Below, piece after piece: positions 41,201 to 55,200 of a stretch of DNA of 64,000 nucleotides. Below the pieces are notes generated by a model. The model searched no databases. It saw only the letters and a list, made by a program, of their open reading frames with translations, and was not told the origin of the DNA. Position 1 is the first letter of the stretch. Each line of letters begins with the position of its first letter. This stretch comes from Thalia democratica (lineage: Eukaryota), in the NCBI GenBank assembly GCA_965202585.1, contig OZ241827.1:90954001-91018000 (forward strand). The letters are read 5' to 3'. The position numbers and the translations under genes are program-made.

Positions 41201-44200
41201 CATTTTTTATTACAAAAAAAAAAACTTATTAATGACTAAAACTACTTATTAATGACTAAAACAAACTTAATGTTTTAACTCAAGCTTTAAATTTAAATTT
41301 TTATTTTTGCTTTTTAAATAGACAAAAAGATATATTCTTACAACCAAGAGTATATCTAAACTTAACACTTACAGCTGCTAAATTTTATAATTAATAATTC
41401 TTAAAGTATTTGAACTTTTATATTAAAATTTCTAATAGGATAAAGAAAATAATTCTTAAAATACAACATATTACTTCTATAATCTCTTCAAGAGCGTAAA
41501 ACTAGAAAAATATTCATGAAATAAATAAAAAAGACAAACATATGTAATACATAAAAAGTTTTTCAATGCTCATAACATAAGATAAATGATAATACTATTA
41601 AGGTGTTATAAATAAAAGTTTTTTTAACATGTTAAGCTTAACAAAAAGATATAGAATATTATGTTGTCATTTTGAGTTTTAGTCAAAAAGTTTAAGTAAT
41701 TATCAAAAAAATTAAGTATTTGAACTAAAACTGCAAAAATAAATGTTACAAAATAAAACCAATTAAAGTTTTTTTTATTTCCTTTGAAACATTTAACTTT
41801 TTTTCATTTAAAGTGTGTTTAAAAATAAAGAGTTACAAAAATTTGATATTATAATAAAATAGAAATAAATTGAAGAATTTTTTTGTTATATGATTAAAAT
41901 ATGATAGTATAAATTTTGAACTGGTATAAACCAGTACATATTTTACAATGAAATTAAAATATAAGCTTTGTTATAACCGAGTGTTGTATATAAATTTGTA
42001 AAAGTATCTTATATAGTTTGGTATGTAAAAAATCAAAATGCACTTAACATTGGTTCAATTTATATAAACGTTTGATATAAAAAATATTCATTAAATAATG
42101 TTTTATCAAAAAGCTCATTATTTTATTTCAAACTTCTAAAAACTTAAAGCTTAAATTATTGTCATTTTTAGTAAATAATAATGATGATAATTATAGTTAA
42201 AATTTAGGTGTCTGCAGTTTTTTGTAAGTAAAGATTTACTAACAAAAAACCTTTATTTTTATTGTAGCTTTAAGGATTATACTCAAAGTTTTTAATTCTA
42301 CTAAACTTTTTAAATATTTTATAATACTAAACAAGAAAAAAAAATGCTAGTAGCTCTTTGCTATTTGTATTTATAAAGATACAAAAAAAGTTTGATTTTT
42401 TAACACAAAAAAACTTAGATTGACAATCAGGTTCTAAATTATAAAATATAAATGTTGGTAAGTTGCATTTATATTTATCAAATAAAATTTCGAAATAAAC
42501 TTAGTAAGTTTATGTTTGTGTTATGAAGCTATTTTAAATCAATTTTTAAATCAAGTTTCTTTTAAATATAAATATTTATGCTAATAAAATTATATTTATT
42601 ATTTCAAGACTTTATTATGCAAAATAATGTTCGGTCAAAGTCTAAATGCAAAAATAAAATTTAGATTTGCAAAAACTTTAATATTTCAAAAAGTTTTATT
42701 TCTAATTTTATATTTTACAGCAGATACACTTGGTTTTTCACTTAAAAATTTAGTCATTTTATGTGTAGTTTTAAAAAATGTTCATTAATTCAAATGTTAT
42801 TCAGAAGATGTTTCCGCATAAAGCAATATAAGATTTAAAAGAAGTTTTTTTAGTATTGTCATTTGGGGTTACAGAAATAGATTTTGAATATTTTTTTATT
42901 ATAAATAAAGAAAAAAAGTTTGTTTCAGTATTGCGAGTTTTAAATTTATAAATAAAGTTGAGAAATTGTGGTCCAATTTTTACTCACAGAAACTTTTGAC
43001 AAAATTGCCTATATCAATAAAATCAATTTAACTTTGTAGCTCTTAAACTTTGAATTTTAAAACGAATAAAGTTGTTGATAAAAGGAATAATCAAATTCAA
43101 TTACCTTTATTTGCGATTCCTTATGCTAAACATTATAATTTATTGACATAAACTTAGCTCAAAACTATATGGTAAACTATTTCTTGTAAAATACCTATTA
43201 AAAAGTTTAAAAAATTTTAAATTTCAAAGTAGTTTTTGAATTTAGTTTGTCTTAGTTGTTATTTGTGTAATTCTGAATTATAAATGTTATTTGCTCAGTA
43301 AACCATAAAAACTTGTCCATTCTTGCATAAAAAAAATTCATTTCTAGCAAGACAACCACTACCTCTAAGGTAAGTAGAATATATATAGTAAAACTCCTGG
43401 TTTAATGCTTAATGTTTAATATAAGTGAAAAAAATCCTATATAAACCAGTAATAGATAGTGGTCTGGGTCATTTTAGCCACAGCCTACCGCAGGAAGCAT
43501 GTTATTCCAAAATAGACATTTTATATGTTTAATTTTGTTGTGAACGATTATTTTTTAATGTTACTTCTTTAAGAAATTAATTTTATAATTTAAGGAGTTA
43601 TTACTCATTTCAACTTTAAAATTCTCAAAGTAAAAATAAAACACTCAAAGTAAATTATAAGCATAAAGTGTTTTATTTTTACATCGTCCTTAATAGTTGT
43701 TAGTGTTTGAAACTGTTCTTTATACAATATGTAAATTCATTGTCATGCCTAGTTTTATATAGAGTAGCCCTAAGTAGTATTCAATGTTAGTATTAGTACA
43801 AATTAGGTTTAATTTGAAACGGGTTTTAGTTTTGTTGTGTACCTAAGTATGACCTTGGAAAGTAATAAATTTATTAAATTTTCTTAGTTTAATTCTAATA
43901 ATAAACAATTCTATTGTATAGTTTTTTCATGTTGTGTAAAAATGTTAATTTTAATTTATTTATGCTTAACAAACCTAAATAAATATTTTAATTCATACAA
44001 TAAGACTTTTTAACTATTAAACGGAACATATCCAGAAAATTTAAGGTTTGTTTATCAAATATTTAAGCGAAAGAAGAATTTCTAAAGGTTTATTTAAAAT
44101 TCAAATACCACAATAAAAATTTCGGAAATTTTCTACAAAACTGACTACATGTCAAAAATTATATATATTTTTATTCATAATAAAGCAGCTTACAGTATAC

Positions 44201-47200
44201 AACTATAGATTTTAGGCAAGAGTTTATGTTATATGTTCTAAAATTAAATGTTGGACTTCTTTGTAGTATTAATTAACTCACTAAAAACTTTGAATTTTAA
44301 AACGACCAAAGTCGTTGATGAAAGGAATAATCAAATTTAATCACCTTGCTTCCTTATGCTAAACATTATAATTTATTGACATAAACTTAGCTCGAAACTA
44401 TATGGCAAACTATTTCTTGTACAATACCTATTGAAAAGTTTAAGATTTTTTAAGTTTTAAAGTTGATGTTGAATTTAGTTTTTCTTAGTTGTTATTTGTG
44501 TAATTCTGAATTATTAATGTTATGTGCTCAGTGAACCTTAAAAACTTGTCCATTCTTGCATAAAAAAAACTTTATTTCCAGCAAGTCAACCAATACCTCT
44601 AAGGTAAGGAGAATATAAACAGTCAAATTCTTGATTTAATGTTGAATGTTGAATGTAAGTGAAAAAAATCTATATAAACCAGTAATAGATAGTGGTCTGG
44701 GTCATTTTAGCTACAGCCTGCTGCAGGAAGCATGTTATTTCAAAATACACATTTATATTATTTGATTTGGTTGTGTACAATTTTTTTAATGTTTCTTCAT
44801 TAAGAAATTAATTTTATAATTTAAGCAGTTATCACTTATTTCAACTTTAAAATTCTTAGTGTAAAAACAAAAACACTCAAAGTAAATTATGAGCATAAAG
44901 TGTTTTATTTTTACATGGTCCTTAATAGTTATTAGTGTTTGAAACTGTTCTTGAATACAATATGTAAAATCATTATGATGTCTAGTTTTATTTAGAGTAG
45001 TTCTAAGTACTACATAATATTAATATTAGTGTAGTTTAGATTATAACTAACTATGGTTTTAAGTGTGGTTGTATACCTAAGTATGACCTTGCAAGGTTAT
45101 AAAATTTAGTATTTAAGGAGTTTTACTATATAGTTTTTTTATAATTTATTTGACTAGTTTGTATGTATTATATTAATTTTTTTTAAGCTAACACACAATT
45201 AGTGTTAATCTACATGTAACATAACCTTTGTACTTACTACCTTTATAATATTTATAATATATTATAATACTATGATTTAGCTTGCTGATGTTCAAAAAAA
45301 AATTATAACAGTGATAGGCAATACTTTGCGAGTAGGGAAACTATTAGAAGAAATATTTCGCATATTGGATTGTTAAAAAAAGCTACAAGTCACTTAATTT
45401 TGTATATTTTAACACAAAACTTGTAGAAACTCATTAAAAGCAAGTTTGTAACGGATAAACAGTAAAATGAGTGCCAGTGTGTAATAAAAATTAAACGAAA
45501 AGTACATATCTAAGTGTTTTCATTATCTAAAGCTCAAAATTAATAAAAGCACACGAGATACTTTAACGAAAAAAATCTTTGCCACATGAAAAGTTTTTGT
45601 AAAAGTCATACGTCGCCCAACCGGAATTTATAATCTAACTTTAGTTAAGATGTTTAAAACAAATAGGCTTAGCAATAAAACTAGAAACTGCTGTTTTATC
45701 CAAGTTTACACTCATATACTAGTTAATTGGTATGTATAAAATTAGTAGGCTAAATAAATTTGCGGATAAAACTAAAATAATTGTGCTGACTAGGTAAAAA
45801 TAAAAGCAGTTAAAAACAATTTAAAGCGTTTAATGCAAAAATAAAATGTTAAATTGAGTTGTAAACTTTTATAATTGAGTTCTCTTAATATTTCATCATA
45901 AAATTTAACACTATTTTTTACTAAAACTATAATTACTTTTTGGATTTCTATTGTATATCTAACCACATCATTCTAAAAAACATCTCTTGAAAGTTCGTTC
46001 AATATTTCAGTTTAAGTTTTGTTTTTAGTTTTAATACTAAACTAAATTACATATATTTTAATTATTTTATTTAATTAACATCAAATGGTTCAATTATCTT
46101 TACATTACTGATAAAAACATATAGCAGTTTAATTACTAATGACATTAAAAAAAGTATCCAATAACTAACATATACACTAAATATAGTTTAATAAAAGTGT
46201 TTTAATACATACTAATATTGATATTTACATCTGAAATTGTACATCTAAACACAATATAAACTTTTTATTTGCTTTTATTAATTTACACTTTAACATGTTA
46301 TCCTAGCTTAAGCTTGTTTTTAAAAATGTTCTTAGCCGCTTTAGTAAAACACTTTGTACTTTTATGATTTCTTCACAAAAAATTAACCGAATTCAGTTTA
46401 TGTTAAAAAAAATCAAAGTAAGTAGTTGGCTTCATTTTAAATAGTGTTTGAAAAATTTATTAAACATTTTAAATCGTTTCAAAACTAGAAAATAAATCAA
46501 AACTTATATTATGTACCTTTGTCTTAGATATAAGAAGAGTGTCCTGTATAGTTTTAGTGTTAACCAAATAATATGAAAATAAAGCTTTTTTTGCATTATT
46601 ATAAAAGAATATTGATCATAGCTAACATTTGGTAAACTATTGTTTTGCATACTTGACTTTGACTCTTGTTTTAAAAACTTAATTAGCGCAAAACAACCAC
46701 AGTTGATTTAGTTTTCAGTTATCAACAGTGCTAGTTTAAACTTATCAAATTTTATGTTTGCTTAAAAAGTTTTAAGTAGTGTTTATAAATTATTTAATCT
46801 TCTAAAGCTAATAACATAACCAATTTATATCGCAAGAAAAAGCCATATTAAGATAATATGGTATAAATATGAACTAACCAAAGTACATAATAAGAGAACA
46901 TATTTTGATATTACCAAAAGAATTTTTCTGGCAGGATTGTATAATATAAACCAGAATGTACAAGTTCATAATTTAAAAAAAATGTAGAGATGGTATAATT
47001 CACTGTATACAAATTAATTCAATTTATTTTATTTATTCAATCATATGCTTTAATGTTTGATACGTCAAACATTAAATTAAGTTATCTTTTAATTTATGAC
47101 GAAAACTTGTTATTTTTATTAATGACTCGATAACCGAAACGCTTTTCTTACTCCAAATCCAAGCTTTTGAAAATTTTTGGTCGTAAAAAAATATATAAGA

Positions 47201-50200
47201 CTTTTGATATAATGTCAACTGATTCTTTAAAAAAATTGAAAGTTTAATTTCTAACACAGTCAAGAGAAAATACATTAAGTTTATTAATACTTAAAACAAC
47301 TTTGTGGTGAAACAAAATGTTACAAAGTTAAAATTTTAAAATTAACATACAAACATTAGCTAAGAATATAAGTTGATGTCAAAGTTAAAAGCTATAACAA
47401 AACTCATACATACACATATTTTATCAAAAATAAGATATTACTTTAACAAAACAAAAACTTATTTGAAACTTCTAGTATACCTTAAACTTATTGTAAGATG
47501 TGTTCTGTTTTACATCAGTCTAAAATACCCCAAGTATGCATTCAAGTCAGTGTAGAAAGAAAGTTACTTTTTATTCATTTTTTTATAGAAAGTTTTTGCT
47601 TTTTTGAAATTGATACTTAACTAATAACTTAAGATGTAAATAGTTCTTGTTCCTATTGTATTTTAGACAGCCTTTCTTAAGTGTTCTAGCAACGCTATTA
47701 AAATGTTCGGTACTTCAGAAATTTTTAACTTGTTTAATTTCAACAATTTAATAATGCTTTGCTCAACATAAAAAGATATATTCCAAACTATAGCTTTTAT
47801 AAAGTTCTTTGCGTTTTTACTTGATAAGGAAAAAGCACAATTTAGTTTTCTTTTCTAGATTTATTATTATTTTTTAATTTTCAGTTTAAGATACATTAGA
47901 AAAGGCCTGTTAATTCTCCTAATAATTCAATATTACCTATAAGATAATTGGAAAACTACCAACGTTTGGTTATAGAATTCATTTAAATATTAACTTGTTC
48001 TAAACAACCGTGAATTAATTATTCGCAAAAAATATACAAAAACACACTATGCTAAATAAATAACCTATAATGTTGGTATAAAAACAATAATAAATTACAA
48101 CTTTTCTAATACACATTATTTTTTAAATCTTCTAAGGCTATGACACCATTTAGCACTGAGAACGCATACTGTTCTCATTTATCAACTTTTCCCCGGTTTA
48201 TAAATTTTAAGCTGGTTTATATCAGCTCCAAATTAAAGCTTCAAAACTCAAGTTGCGTTTTCTGTTCCTTAAGAAATTTCTTATTTTTGTTTTTATTTGA
48301 TAAAACATTTCTTTTTTTAAACAACCGCTCCTTCATTACAAACTTCAAAAGTATTAAATTTTTTATAATTTTTTGTTGAAAAAAGTTGTGTACACAAATT
48401 GCGCTTTAAAATTGCAAAAAATATTCTTGGATTAATACTCAGCAAAATCAGTTCACTTTCTTTTTAAATGAAAACCTAATCTAGTATATAAATGATAAGT
48501 TTTTTATATAGTATTGCACTTGTATTGTTTAATTTCAAACTTTATATAGTTTAAATAAGACCAGCACGAATCTGTTTAAATATATAAATTATGCCAGTTA
48601 TCTCCAATCCTATATAAAGATAATAAGGGAAGGCTTTAAATATTCAACTTACACTTCAAGCTTGTATATATTTTGTCCTGATTATTTTTATGTTAAAAAG
48701 TTATGTACTTAATTTTAGTAAGTTTCAAAAATAAAAATATTTTTTTTATTTCAAAATATATTGAAGTTTTTTTGTAAGATATAGAAAAAAACTATATATA
48801 TTTATTCTTTTTGACTGTAGAAAGGTTTTTTTGTTGTAAGTCTTTTCAATTTTTAAAAAAATTTTGGACTCATAGAAACTAGCTAAATTAAAATTATACA
48901 GTTATAACTGTTTAGTAATTAACAGGATTCAAAATTGTCTATATAATCAGTTTACAAACAAAACTATCAAACTTTAACTGCTGAAACCAGGTCTTAAAGG
49001 TAAAAACTAATTATACTTTAGTATTAGTACTTTTTGAGCAATATTTAATTCAAGACTTCTAAAAATAACAAAACTACTATCGAGATTTAATACAAGGTGA
49101 TTAAAACAAACTTATAGATCTAAGACATATCTTTTAATTTTAAGTTTGTTTAAAAGTAAAATTTAACTTAGCATTCAGCTTTTATGTACTAACTAAAATT
49201 TAAAAAATAAAATAACAAGATACTTTTAACTTAGTTTTAATTTAGTTGTTTCTAATAAAAGTACAGAGTAGGGAAATTTTGGTTTATATAAAAAGTAAAA
49301 CTTTTTTATTGAGATTTTTATTTACCAAAAAATTAAAATTTGTATATTTTGTGATGTTGTTGAACTAAATAATATAGTATATTATTATATATATAATAAA
49401 AAAAAAGTGGCAGCATTTAATATTTATTTAGCATGAAAACAAACAAATCACAACTAGTAAATAATCACAAAGTTGAGGAAACTCCTATACATATTTACAT
49501 GGAAAAAAGTATTCTCAATTATCTACTAATCAAAATACTTAGTTAGCTGTGTTTAAAAATATGAAGCCGTTATTCTTTATAAATCAGAACTGATGAAAAA
49601 AAAGGAAGCATTAAATAAAACAGTAAATAATTTTAATTGTTTTTTAAATTATACTACTATTAGTTCATTTCTTATGAAGCTGCTAAATTTTAAATATGCA
49701 TTTAATTAAGCACAAGAAAACAAAAATCCAAAACAAAAGTTAGTTGGGGTAGTTTAAAAAAATTAACATAAATTACTATGTGATAAAAAAAAGGTAACTC
49801 AACATTAAACTATAAAAGTTGAACTAACTGTAATATAAGAAACAATAGAATTTATTTTAAATTTATTGTTATTACAACAGTATCTCAGATTACTTTTGTA
49901 TTCAAAAGCAAGATATTTAATATAACAAACTTATTAGGCTTTGTTTGCTACATTTGGAACTGTACATTAAATGAGTTTAAATAACATTTAATGATAATAT
50001 GAGAAGAATTTCAACATTTTCGATAATAGCAAAAAGTAGCTGAAGAAATAGTATATTTCTAAGTATTATGACTTTAAAACAAATTAAAGAAGCTAGTAAC
50101 TTATTTCTTAGTTAGTTTTTAGATCATGCTTATTTATAAGCGAAAAACTATTAATTTAAAAAATATTATTTTCCTGTACTATTAAAAACTCATTATGTTT

Positions 50201-51132
50201 CACAATAGAATGAATCTAAATTAATACTTATATCAAGTAGTTATAAAAACTAAATTTTTTAAATTTATTTTGCATAATCATTTGCCTTGAAGCTCAAAAA
50301 AAGGAAAAAAAAAACAAAAATACAAGTAAAATTAAGCAAAATAAAAAAACTAAAAATAAACGAAGTTTCACAATTATTTATTAATAAAATAATAGGAAAT
50401 AATATTATAAGAAAATAAGATCGACTCATCCTAAGAAAACAATAAGGTTTGCAAATATTAAATAAGTTACACAAAGGACTCCAAATTTTTCACCTTACAA
50501 ATTCACATATTTTATGTATGTTTATAAATGTTAAAAATCAGCACTTCATCAAACCTAACTTAATGCATAGTCATAAGAGCAGTTATAAATAAATTTACTA
50601 ATTAATCTTTACTCAACTTAAGTACTAATAACTTAATTTTCATTAAAAAAGACCTCAATATAATTTTTTTCAAAAATCTTAGTAATTTATTACTGTATAT
50701 ACTATATAAATCAAAATAGTTTGCCTAAAAAGTACCGCACAATTTTTTTTTTAATTATAACATGTAAGGGACTATAAATTAAATCTTATAATTGTCTTTT
50801 TCTAAATATATTTTTCAATGAAAAAAATTCTTTTAAGACTTGCTATCACTTAAAGTACATTAAAGTCAGTTTAAGCCCCAACATCGTATATAGAAAAAAA
50901 TCAGAATATTAGCAAAATAAAATGTGAATCTAGCACATTCACAAGATAAACGATACCTAGTATTTGTACGATGAATAATACGATAGATACTTTTTTAAAA
51001 ACTAATACTAGTCAAACAAAAGGAAAATGCCATCGAAAACGTAAAGAAAACAACTTTAAAAAATAACTGCACACAAATTTATACTTCTAGACAATCACAA
51101 GTTAAACATTCAGGAACTATTTCATCATATTT

Positions 51133-51249
51133 CTACCAAGTTCTCTCTTCATACTGCTTTGAAGAATTTTCTTTTTTCTGTTTATTATTATTTATCTGGT
51201 GATAATTGTAAGGATGGTGTCTGTTGTTGTGTTGGTGTTGTTTTGCCGC
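51133..51249 (-). pseudogene. Candidate terminal coding exon, unit 3
   Basis: ttattcacag|GCGGCA... gives AAKQHQHNNRHHPYNYHQINNNKQKKENSSKQYEERTW*. Confidence 0.42.
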
Positions 51250-52141
51250 CTGTGAATAATTTACAATAAAAGTATATAGAAATAATAAAAGTATAATAAT
51301 TGATATCCTAATTATTTTCAAGTGATACTTGAAACATTTTATTGTTGTACTGATAATTTATATTGTTGCGCAGAGTGGAAAATTGTATAACAACCAAATA
51401 ATCAATAAAGATTATTAACAAACAGTGTGAGTCAAAAATTATTTTGTTTCGGGCATTTTGCTATGGTTTAAAAAGGAGATTCCTGTGTTGTAGCGTCAAA
51501 AAGTAAATATAACGCGTATTTGAAAAAGGTAAAAATGAACGTCAAGTTTTTGACTTAATGGCACGCGTGAGTCATAAGTTTATTTTATTTTTTTTCAGAT
51601 TATTTTTAAAACTTTATTTTGATTGACAGGTTAAAATATAACGAAAAATTAAGTCATAACAGCTGCTTGTGAACACATACGATTAAAATACTAATCTAAA
51701 AAAAATATATTAAAAATTTTTATTACTCTTATTATAGGTCAGATAAAAAACAAATAAACTTTAACTTTATAACAAAAAAATAGTCAATTAAACTATTTTT
51801 AGGTAATTTCTTTTGTTATATTTTTTAATATAAAATTTTGACAAAAAAATTTTTGGGTTTTACATTATTTTTTCTTGTTCAAAAAAAATGTTTTTGATAT
51901 TGGAGGAAAATAAACAAATACTATTACTGTTAAAAGAACTAAAACTCAGTGGGTACAACTAAATTCATTTATATATACTTTTAATTACCAACTTTCTCCT
52001 GCATTTTTTGGTGATTTTGGTCCATTAATTGCCTGTCGCTAAAAGAAACAAAACATAAAACATCATTAAACAGTTAACTTTTTTTCTGGTGATTTTGTGA
52101 CAGAAATTCAAAATAATTTTGTATAATGTAAATAATCTAAC

Positions 52142-52230
52142 CTAACAGCAACTGAGGAGCTCTGTACCAGAATGTTACCACATTGTTTGGATACCTATTC
52201 TCTTCACCTTCTTTGCAAACTCTGAACGGT
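52142..52230 (-). pseudogene. CDK9: CDK9-like activation-segment exon, copy 3
   Basis: 89 nt, identical to copy 2. Confidence 0.8.
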
Positions 52231-55200
52231 CTGAAATAACTATTAATTATATGCTTTGTAGTTGTATTTAGTTATTTTATTATATATGTTGTATAATGTT
52301 TGTGTATCTACTTGACTCTTCCTTCTTTATAGCTCTTAACCATTGGAATCTAACAAAGTTTGTAAATATAAATTTGATGTATTGTTAGCATAGTAACGAA
52401 AGAGATAGAAAAATAATAAAATGCATTTGAAAGAGTAAATTACGTAAGATGAAAATTAGAGTGAAAAAAAAAATTTGGCTCAGTATTAAGCCGGGCTAAA
52501 CCTTTAGGGTGGAGGTGGGGACGTGGTGGCCTGGAACAGCGACATCGTGTGGAGAAAAAAACAGTAAACTTTATTAATTATAATTTTTTTCTTAAACCAA
52601 ATCTGTGCAACCTCAGACAAACCTAGGGACTCTGTGGCGCCACCTAGCGGATAAAAGTTTTGTTTAAGTCTTCAAGCTGAGTTTAGATTTTTTTATAGCT
52701 ATAAATATTTTATTTTTCTTATAGCTTTTAGATCTTAATTTTTTGTATGATTCTTTTTATTCTAACGGCTTCAAACATATTTTACTTAATATACCGCACA
52801 GAGTGAAAGTAAAGTCTCAACTTTAATAATTTTACACCAATAATTAAAATAGCCATACGAATAAATAAAACATGTAATCTTATAAAGTTTAAAAGAAAAT
52901 GCTGGAGGTTTTCGTGTAAACTTTTCTTTTTTTTTTTTGTTTAAAATGTTTGTTTTCAGCAAAAAAAAAAACATATTGACAATTTCAACTAGTTTTGCGT
53001 AACTGTTTAATAATTGATCCTAAAAAATATTAGTTATTAATGTAACAGTCTTATGATAACTTGATTCTAACTATTTTTGTTTTTCTTAGTTTTAGTCATA
53101 CAAAACTCCTTATAAGTCATATTACAAATTAGTTTAAGAAATACTTAAGATTTTTTCGCTAAAAATTTTGAAGGTTTGATTTAATTAAGATTTACTCTAA
53201 CTTTTGTAAAATACATGTTGTTTTGGATGCTTAAGTTCAGCATATTAATTAACAATTAAAATAAATACTATCGCTAAATATGAGAAAGCATGTATAGCAT
53301 CTGCTACTGCTTTGTTCTAAAGCAGTTGATATCTTGAAATAAGTTGTCTTTCTAAGTATGAACTTTCCAAAACTTCAACATTAAAATAACACTTTTTCAA
53401 AGCTTACGTTAGTGTAAATGTTTTAGAATGTTGCAGTTTCATAAAAACTCGACATATAAAAGAAATGTTTATATTTCAAGTGTTTATAACAGGCATTAAC
53501 TTGTTTTTGAATGAAATAATAAAAGACTGGTTAAATTTTTTCAAAGATTAGCTAAAAATGATACTTTTTAACTTATGATACTATATAACACTTTAATTGA
53601 TACTTTTAAAAACACATAGATGTCAATGCAGGACTGTTTTAAACTTAACTGTTTTTTTATCTAAAATAACAGTTAATACTTCATTAAACTGATCTACTTC
53701 AAGATAAATAGTTTTAAACTACTTATGTGCAGTTATCAATAAAATTTCGTTTACTGTTCGACAAAATATAGATCATTTGCATTATTTAACAATCGAGTGG
53801 TTTGTGTAAGTTAAAGCTTTTAAAAACTATTCATAATTATTTAAAATATTCTGAATGTTTTAAAAGATTTCTATTAAAATATACGTAATGATATACATAA
53901 CATAATGGTTCAGTTTGACAAAACAATATATTAACAATTTTAGTTCGCTTACAATTTTAATGTAGCGCAAATGATAGTTTGATGAAAAAATAAAGTGTTA
54001 GTTGTTTTAAATCAAGCGTATATAAACAAACTTATAAAGACTCATACTTTACGAAAATAACTTAGTTAGTTGAATAACATTGTTGTTGGTAAGTATCACA
54101 TAGTTACAAAAGAATAGTCTACTTTGCAAATCAACCCAGAATAACCAACTATTTGCAGATGAAATTGTATTTAATCAAAAGTTTATAGTGTTTGTGTTGC
54201 CGACACATTTAAATGATGTTTTGCAAACAGTTATGTAAGTTACACCTTAGATCATGTATTATTTTGTATCAAAATGTTTTAAGGAAAATATCAGTATAAA
54301 TACGTCAATAATGCAACTATTAATGCAATGTCAATTTCATCTTTAAGAATTACAGTGATTTCAGTACATTAGGAAAGTTTTTATGTTGTCTATTAAAAAC
54401 TTTGGTTTAAAAAAGCTATTTTTATTAAACCGTTTTCTCATTAGATTTACCATTTTCGTATAGTTTCAAGTGTTAATTTCTTGTTAGTTTGTATATACAC
54501 AATTTTAAACTTTTTACGTACTGTTGCAATTGACCAAGGCTTTAAAAAGCATTGATATATATTTATATATAAAAAAAAAAGATTTTTGAAAGCTTTGAAT
54601 TAAATCGTGAAATAAAAATAAATTGTACATTCTATGACATGCACAAATAAAGAGGTCAAATGATGATTTTTAATTATTTGTCGTTAAAAACGAAACATAG
54701 ACCATTTTCACAGCTAATAAACTGAAGATTACAAACAAGTTAGTACAGGTCTAAGTTGCTTAGTCTTTAAAACCTTTTTTGTACACTGAGACTTTACCAA
54801 GACTACGTTTTTAAGCGTTTTTTATAATATTAATAAAGCATTAGGGAAGTACATTGTTTTTAACAAATTTGGTAGCAAAATGTTTCAAGTTATTATGAGT
54901 AATTTAAAACTATAGAAGCTCAGGTTTTTCATTTCTGACATTTAACAGGTTTTACACATACAAGAGATTTAAACTATTTGGCAACCATAACTATTCAAGA
55001 AATTCTCAAAAGTATAAACGGGTTTTTAAGCTCATAAATTTTGCAAAAGTGTTACTTTTCTATACTTTAATTACTCTTTATAAACTTATAAAACAAATTT
55101 GGACAAAACAAGATTAAAAGGTTTTATTTTAAATGCGCTAGCGACAACTAAACAAAAATAAATTGACTTTTATTCAAAAACAAATGAAAGACTCATACTT